In this document: positions 1 to 5,090 of the stretch, one piece after another | How the letters are laid out: each line of letters opens with the position of its first letter | Position numbering within the stretch: position 1 is the first letter of the stretch | Assembly: GCF_006345805.1 (NCBI RefSeq) | Contig: NW_021830133.1 | Location: 1 to 5,090 of the forward strand | Length of the DNA: 5,090 nucleotides | Direction: 5' to 3' | Source of the DNA: Octopus sinensis | Taxonomy: Eukaryota | Program-made: the position numbers and the translations under genes | The notes under the pieces: generated by a model | Databases searched by the model: none | What the model was told of the DNA's origin: nothing | Seen by the model: only the letters and a program-made list of their open reading frames with translations

Positions 1-205
1 TAATATATATATATATATATTGTAGATGCAGTATGTATAAGTATATATGTATATATATATATTAGTACATATACGTAAGTATATATGCGTATACGTGTAT
101 GTATATATGTATATATATAGTATATTTGTTTTTATACATACCTATATATATATATACATACACACATACATAGACATAAATGTGATGTTTGTTTATAAAT
201 GTATA
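1..205. repeat. Degenerate (TA)n/(TATG)n/(CATA)n microsatellite region
   Basis: Near-continuous alternating TA with interspersed TG/CA, seen directly. Confidence 0.9.
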
Positions 206-305
206 CAGTTTATTGAAACTCGAGTGAAGTAATAAAAAAACATTTGCTTACAACAAACCATACACCTTATGGCATGTATTGAGCACTCCACTCTCAGCCG
301 TACGT

Positions 306-502
306 TTGTGTGTGGTATGTATTGTGTGTGTGTATGGGTGTGCGCTTGCGCGTGTGTGTGTGTGAATGCGTGTTTGCGTGTGCATGTGACTATACAAATA
401 TACAGATATACATTCATATAATAAATATACACATTATAGATACAAAATACACACACACGCACATATATTGTAATTACAATATATATGTTATAATATATAT
501 AT
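306..502. repeat. Degenerate (TG)n/(CG) dinucleotide tract grading into (TA)n/(CA)n
   Basis: tgtgtgtg runs at about 306-390, followed by tata/caca runs to about 502. Confidence 0.85.
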
Positions 503-524
503 TGTTATTCTTATACCATTTCGT

Positions 525-562
<38 letters not shown>

Positions 563-649
563 GTTGTTATTATTATTAGTATTATTATTATTATTACTAT
601 TATTACTACTATTATTATTATTATTATTATCATTATTAATTATTATTAT

Positions 650-681
<32 letters not shown>

Positions 682-720
682 TTATTAGTATTATCATTAT
701 TATTATCATTATTATTATGT
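525..720. repeat. Compound trinucleotide microsatellite (CTA)12 - (TAT)n - (TAG)8 - (TAT/CAT)n
   Basis: Perfect (CTA)12 at 525-560, TAT-rich tract to 649, perfect (TAG)8 at 650-673, then TAT/CAT units to about 720. Confidence 0.95.
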
Positions 721-1023
721 TGTCATCTTCATAGGCCACTCGAACAAGCGAAGATTTTGAAACTTTCTTGAATTTTTTCTTATATTGCAAAAAAAAGTAT
801 AAAATATATACAAAAAAAATAATTGGAATAACAAGCAAATAATGATAATCTTAATTCAGTTCAGCATTTTATTCACCTCTCTTCCGCACGTTTTAACCTA
901 TGAGGTCAATATCAATGCAAATTATTTCATAAGGAAACGCATAAGAGAATTATATTGTCTATCAAGAACATAATCAATGTAATAATACATATAATCAGAT
1001 GATAGTGTTCAGGGGATGTTACA

Positions 1024-1153
1024 ATAATGTTCTGTTGCTAATAGGAATTAGATAACCATTATCTGATTTCTGTTATCTAGCTTCTATTCACAGCAGAGTA
1101 TTATAGATACATACACTAAACCTTATTATCTGATTCCTATTGCCAGCAGAATA
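1024..1153 (+). repeat. Cluster of about 28-nt imperfect inverted and direct repeats (unit about TTATCTGATTCCTATTGCCAGCAGAATA)
   Basis: Inverted copy at 1028-1055; direct copies at 1073-1100 and 1126-1153 (21/28 identical to each other); partial copy at 1059-1075. The reverse complement of 1126-1153 matches 1028-1055 at 23/28. Confidence 0.85.
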
Positions 1154-1440
1154 CTATTAATACGTGCAAATGTATTGTACTTATGCATTAGAAGCATTTA
1201 ATAGTTCTCCTAAAAGTTTCCTTATGATTATGAGCTGTGCTGATGATGACGTCGTAGGCTGGAATCCACATGTACGGTGGAATAAAACATTAAATAGATT
1301 AATCATTAAATACAAGGAAGATTGATTTACAACCTTAATAAAAAAAATATATTCTCTGCTGCGATCGATAAACCAGTAAATAAAATATCTGCGGATATGA
1401 TATATATAGATTGGGATTGTTTATAGACGAATGTATTTGC

Positions 1441-1576
1441 ACTCACACACGTACACTCATACACCACATATACACGTTCATACATACATATACATACATA
1501 CATACGTACATTATAATATATATATATATATATATATAATATATAATATATATATATATAATATATATATACATAC
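1441..1576. repeat. (CA)n/(CATA)n/(TA)n microsatellite immediately 5' of the PLE fragment
   Basis: catacata units at about 1481-1505 and a long interrupted (TA)n at about 1512-1575. Confidence 0.9.
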
Positions 1577-2020
1577 TCCTCGCACCTAACCTGGCTCCTT
1601 CCTTTGTTGTCGCCCACGCTGTCGCACCTACCCCTATCTCTCCAACACCATTACCTCTTTAGACACTCACTGGCACCCAACAACGCCCATATCACATCAC
1701 CGACTCTTTTACCAGCACCTCCAGCAATGTCATCTACTGAATCCTCTGCTCTCTTTGTTCTTCCCTGTACAATGGTCAAATAGAACGCTGCTTGGCCGAC
1801 CGGTCCACTGAGCACATGTGAGATATCAGACTCAATATGACATCCTGGTCTCGCGCCACTTCCGCCTCCACCTATCATTTGCTACAACATCTGTCTGTAT
1901 TCAGGCTGTCTTTGAACAGGGAACTATCCGGACTCCCGCCTCCACCGTGAACAAGAATTAATCTTCTCCTTTCATTCCTTTGCTCCGTATACCATTAATT
2001 CGACACCTCTCTTCATCTAA
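1575..2020 (+). pseudogene. Disrupted PLE ORF C-terminus: Cys-rich linker plus GIY-YIG endonuclease domain
   Basis: GIY-YIG equivalents are VIY (1729-1737) and YNG (1768-1776). CCHH residues: C 1747-1749, C 1756-1758, H 1813-1815, H 1857-1859. Presumed catalytic R (1801-1803), E (1949-1951) and N (1997-1999) are retained. In-frame stops: TAA 1587-1589, TGA 1738-1740, TGA 1819-1821. Frameshifts near 1662, 1836, 1866 and 1915. Terminal TAA at 2018-2020. Confidence 0.85.
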
Positions 2021-2200
2021 CACCAACCCCACACACATCCCACCTTTAACTGCCTCTCCCCTCCACCACCACACCTGCTCGCCACCCAGCTCAGTACCCT
2101 CACTCCACACACCATTATACAAACAATCATACATACTGTTCCACTCAGTATTCACCGCACAAACCACTACGCACACACTCGCACAATAGCACCATAGTAA
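1575..2200 (+). mobile_element. 5'-truncated, decayed Penelope-like retroelement (PLE) with C-terminal GIY-YIG endonuclease, probably Neptune/Nematis type, including a putative C-rich 3' UTR/pseudo-LTR portion
   Basis: Manual frame-joining gives TPRT*PGSFLCCRPRCRTYPYLSNTITSL (frame +3, 1575-1661) / TLTGTQQRPYHITDSFTSTSSNVIY*ILCSLCSSLYNGQIERCLADRSTEHM*DIRLN (+1, 1663-1836) / YDILVSRHFR (+3, 1836-1865) / STYHLLQHLSVFRLSL (+1, 1867-1914) / TGNYPDSRLHREQELIFSFHSFAPYTINSTPLFI* (+2, 1916-2020). This follows the PLE endonuclease pattern as I recall it (FTCxSxNxIYxIxCxxCxxxYIGxTxRxLxxRxxEH...PVxxHF...RxxxEQxLIF...GxN). The 5' end abuts a (TA)n tract. The 3' boundary is uncertain; C-rich composition fades at about 2200-2230. 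Confidence 0.85.
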
Positions 2201-2280
2201 CCAACGAGACTTTCACTATATAACAGTCTACTATCGAAAGAAGTTACATGCATTATTAACAAATACTTTTAACTGTAGCG

Positions 2281-2320
2281 TAGTTTAAAAACCTAGTTTA
2301 AAGACCTAGTTTAAAATAGT
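2281..2320. repeat. Short 13-bp tandem repeat TAGTTTAAA(A/G)ACC, about 3 copies
   Basis: tagtttaaaaacc (2281-2293), tagtttaaagacc (2294-2306), tagtttaaaa (2307-2316), tagt (2317-2320). Confidence 0.85.
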
Positions 2321-2674
2321 CTTCTATGTATCATACTCACTGTGCATGCATCGTTATCAGGCTTATCATTGCAATATTCGTCTAAGTTAACATCTTTCAT
2401 GCATGTCCTAGGAAACGAAAACTGTTCAGTAAACGCCTAGTGAATACAGCATTTGCTTATCCGGTTTCTTGGGTTCTACGAATGGTGTGTACTGACAGCC
2501 AGTCACATGCCTAGGCGAGATTAGTCAGTTCATCCATAAGAGATGTTATCTCGGATGATTTCCGCTGTTACTTACCTTTTAACGATGTATATACTTTAAG
2601 TATGATACGTAGATGTCTATTTATAATACAAGAGCATGTATTTAGGCACTGTTTCCTGTATTTGGGTGGACAAA

Positions 2675-2683
2675 TCTCTCTCT

Positions 2684-2723
<40 letters not shown>
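2675..2723. repeat. (CT)n microsatellite
   Basis: Perfect (CT)19 at 2686-2723, with a short CT run just upstream. Confidence 0.95.
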
Positions 2724-2725
<2 letters not shown>

Positions 2726-2814
2726 ATATACATGTGCGCGTGAGTGCTTCTGTGATTTTATTTCCTTACTTCCTCACCAATGGTCAGATTGATAGAGGGA
2801 AAACGAGGAAGATA

Positions 2815-2960
2815 TAGATAGAGAGAGAGAGAGAGAGCGAGAGAGAGGGGGAGAAAGAAAGAAAGAAAGAAAGATAGAAAGAAAGAAAGAAAGAAAGATA
2901 GAAAGAAAGATAGGAGAGGAGAGATGTGTGTAAGGAGAGGAGAGGAGAGTGTAAGAGAGA
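2815..2960. repeat. Polypurine (GA)n/(GAAA)n/(GGAGA)n tract
   Basis: (GA)n at 2821-2847, (GAAA)n with GATA variants at about 2853-2910, then GGAGA units. Confidence 0.95.
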
Positions 2961-3129
2961 TGAAAACGGAGAGAAAGTGTTAGTGACAAGCGGAGATGAA
3001 AGCGGATATTTTTGGCTGACAAAGAAGCTTGTAGAATGCCCACCAGTATATGTTGCAGGAATCGAAGTAAAGAACAAAACAGTTTGAAAGGAACCATACA
3101 GTATTAAACTGGAGAAACATAGTTACCCT

Positions 3130-3680
3130 CAGCTTTCTCATAGCCTTATATAATATCATACAGCATTCTTCAAGTTTACTCGCTCTCATAGCTTCTTACA
3201 GCTTTACACATACTCATACTTTCATACTGACACACGTATCCGAATACAACTTCTTACATCCTTGTACAACCTTACACAGCAGCCTTTTAGATTCACTCTA
3301 CCTCTCACAGCTTCACGTAGCATATCAGCCTCATACACAGCTTGAAACGATGTTCTACTCGTTAACACAATCATACTGATATTTCATAGTTTTATATGGC
3401 CTTACACATCCTTACGCAGCTTCACGCAGCCTTATACAGCTTCACAACGCTTGTCACCAACTCACAGCCTCATATATCTTCACTCTGTTAATCTCAAATA
3501 AATATCACAGCTTCTTGCAAATTCACACACCTTTACATAATCTCACACAGCCTCTCACAATATTAAATAGTTTCGTACAAGTTCACGCTGTCTCGCATAC
3601 GCTTAGCATAGTTTGTCGCAGAATCGTTCGGTCTTCACACATCTCTACTCTGTAGACACAGTTTTACACAGGTTTTACTA
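3130..3680. repeat. Highly degenerate 10-bp minisatellite, consensus about CAGCYTYACA (about 50 units)
   Basis: Units in exact 10-bp register at 3247-3277, 3387-3447 (tagttttata/tggccttaca/catccttacg/cagcttcacg/cagccttata/cagcttcaca) and 3508-3598. Confidence 0.75.
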
Positions 3681-4199
3681 TGCTGATATATGTTGTTTAT
3701 TTAGGCGGGAATATCGGCCATCTTATCGTCTGCTTGTTTGGCAAAACTAAACGGCTTTTTATGAAGTTGCTTTTATATTTTCGCTACCAGTATTAGAAAC
3801 ATGGAGATTAACATTCACAAACGAGCAATATTTAAAAGGGTCCAGAATAGATATGAATGCCTTCAAAGGAACCAGAACAAGAAAGAAAATATAGAAAATT
3901 GTAGAAAGCGTTTAGTTGGTTCTTGGCAATTCGAAACGAGCGAACTAATATGGAGTTACTCTATTCATATACAAAGAGAGTAAAATTTTAGGGCCAGTAT
4001 TTATATGACATGGTGTTATGCAGATAAACTATTTTACGTTGATTGTGAATGGTAGGAATGGATGGATAGATGTTGGTCATATTGATGATGTGACCGTAAG
4101 AATGATGGATGATTTAAAGCATAAACGGACATGACATCTTCGGTATCAGGCAACGGTGGACATATATTTCATTGAAGGAAAAGAGGAGAGGAGCTTGTC

Positions 4200-4402
4200 G
4201 TTATTGTCGATGTTGTTGTAATTGGTGCTGATGTTGTTTTTCGGTAGAGGGCGACGGAAGCAGCAATGGCGGCAGTGGTAGTCGTCATGGTAGTGGTGGT
4301 GGTGGTGGTGGTAACGGTAGTGTTAGAATTTGTCATTTTAACGTTGTTACTGTTGCTGCTGGTATTACATGTGTCGCTGTAGTTTTTGTTGTTGTTTTTG
4401 TT
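4200..4402. repeat. Degenerate (GGT)n/(GTT)n trinucleotide low-complexity tract
   Basis: GGT run at about 4288-4312, with GTT/GCT units on either side. Confidence 0.85.
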
Positions 4403-4525
4403 TCATCCTGGGAAGTATTGAACCTGTAAACATATGATTGAAGGAATTCTATTCGTAACTGCCCCGTTTCCTTTTCCTTCAGTATCTAACGTGTCTTTGG
4501 CTTATTGAAAGCCTTAGAGTGTCAT

Positions 4526-5090
4526 AGTGGTGGTGGTGGTGGTGCATGTGGTGCTGGTGACAGTGGTAGTGATCTTGGTGGTGGTACTGGGAATAGTAGT
4601 AGTGTTGGAAGTGATGGTAGTAGTGGTGATGGTGTGATGATGATGATGCTGATGCTGGTGATCATGGTGGCAATGATAGTAATAATGGAGATGGTGAGTA
4701 TGATGATGGTGGTAGAGGGTAAAACTGATGGTGGTGGTGGTGGTAACAATGGCTGTTATCTTAATCGCCGTCGCCGCCGCCTTAACGGTGATTCCTGGGG
4801 TGAAAGTTGGTAGCAATGTTGATGTTGATGTTGATGTTCATAGTGGTCGTAGTTGTCACTATAGCGATGATTATCGAGATGAATGTCAGTGGCTGTGTGG
4901 GTAGCAGTAACTGTGGTGGTGGGGGGGCGGTTTTAGTCTTGGTGGCGTTCTTTGTGGTGGTAGTGGTGATGGTGACGGCGACGGTGGTAGCGTTGACAGT
5001 GGTGGTGGTGGTGGTGGTGGTAATGGTGGTAATGGTGGTTGAAGTAGTGGTAGTCATGGTCGGGGTGTCGCTAGACATAACCACAACGAC
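4526..5090. repeat. Long degenerate (GGT)n/(GAT)n/(AGT)n trinucleotide low-complexity tract
   Basis: GRT/GGT units dominate to the end of the window and generate poly-T/H/P/M/G ORFs on both strands. Confidence 0.9.

Noticed and set aside
47-838. ORFs rich in Y/I/H/T/N/S (47-232, 193-462, 310-579, 488-838)
   Set aside because: Translations of TA, TG, CTA and TAT microsatellites.
1028-1153. 28-nt repeats as a possible CRISPR array
   Set aside because: Mixed orientations, only two full direct copies at 21/28 identity, irregular spacing, eukaryotic context and no cas genes.
1240-1290. CTGATGA at 1240-1246 (hammerhead core or snoRNA C box) and a tccac/gtgga 5-bp hairpin at 1265-1281
   Set aside because: No stem II followed by GAAA, no stems I/III, no matching D box with terminal stem; it lies 330 bp upstream of the PLE fragment.
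1651-1878. 75-aa minus-strand ORF (MIGGGGSGARPGCH...) with a donor-like GAG|GTAATG at 1655/1654 and TAG at 1884-1882
   Set aside because: It is the antisense shadow of the PLE endonuclease relic. The putative acceptor lacks a polypyrimidine tract and the implied 227-nt exon is not frame-preserving. Exonisation cannot be excluded without RNA-seq but is unsupported.
1958-2189. Overlapping ORFs 1958-2176 (-) and 1980-2189 (+)
   Set aside because: Off-frame or antisense readings of the PLE C-terminus and its C-rich tail; no recognisable domain.
2491-2529. actgac...gtcagt stem enclosing the palindrome gcctaggc
   Set aside because: Only a 6-bp stem with poor internal pairing; expected by chance.
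2602-3189. ORFs 2602-2817, 2774-3097, 2784-3077 and 2980-3189
   Set aside because: Dominated by (CT)n/(GAAA)n-derived SL/FL repeats or minisatellite sequence; no domain signal.
3751-4236. ORF 3801-3983 and a stop-interrupted + strand frame (VLETWRLTF...GWIDVGHIDDV...) as a possible decayed gene; minus-strand acceptor-like tract near 3863-3895
   Set aside because: At least five stops and no motif I can recognise. A BLASTx search would be decisive, but nothing visible supports a call.
4455-4527. Branch-point-like gtaac, polypyrimidine tract and CAG (AG at 4481-4482) resembling a 3' splice site
   Set aside because: All three downstream frames stop within 15 codons and no good donor follows. 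It could be a non-coding or terminal exon but is unsupported.
4505-5084. Four ORFs of 75-102 aa (poly-G/M/T/H/P) and possible G-quadruplexes from (GGT)n and G7 at 4921-4927
   Set aside because: The ORFs are by-products of stop-free trinucleotide repeats on both strands. GG-only runs give weak two-tetrad potential that is common in such genomes.

Overview
Eukaryotic, repeat-rich non-coding DNA with no intact protein-coding gene, RNA gene or CRISPR array. The mix of degenerate di-, tri- and tetranucleotide tracts resembles a coleoid cephalopod (octopus-like) or decapod genome; this is inferred from composition only. All 16 tracked ORFs appear to be artefacts of microsatellites, low-complexity sequence or the off-frame/antisense strand of a transposon relic. 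The one recognisable protein-derived feature is missed by the ORF track: a decayed 3' fragment of a Penelope-like retroelement on the + strand (about 1575-2020, plus a C-rich 3' tail). Joining frames recovers a Cys-rich linker and a GIY-YIG endonuclease with the CCHH motif, broken by 3 stops and about 4 frameshifts and abutting a (TA)n tract. Other structure: a cluster of 28-nt direct and inverted repeats at 1024-1153 able to form three alternative long hairpins, a cryptic 10-bp minisatellite of about 550 bp (3130-3680), and two pairs of inverted microsatellites. I see no strong evidence of a wholly new biological system; the hairpin cluster is the best unexplained candidate.
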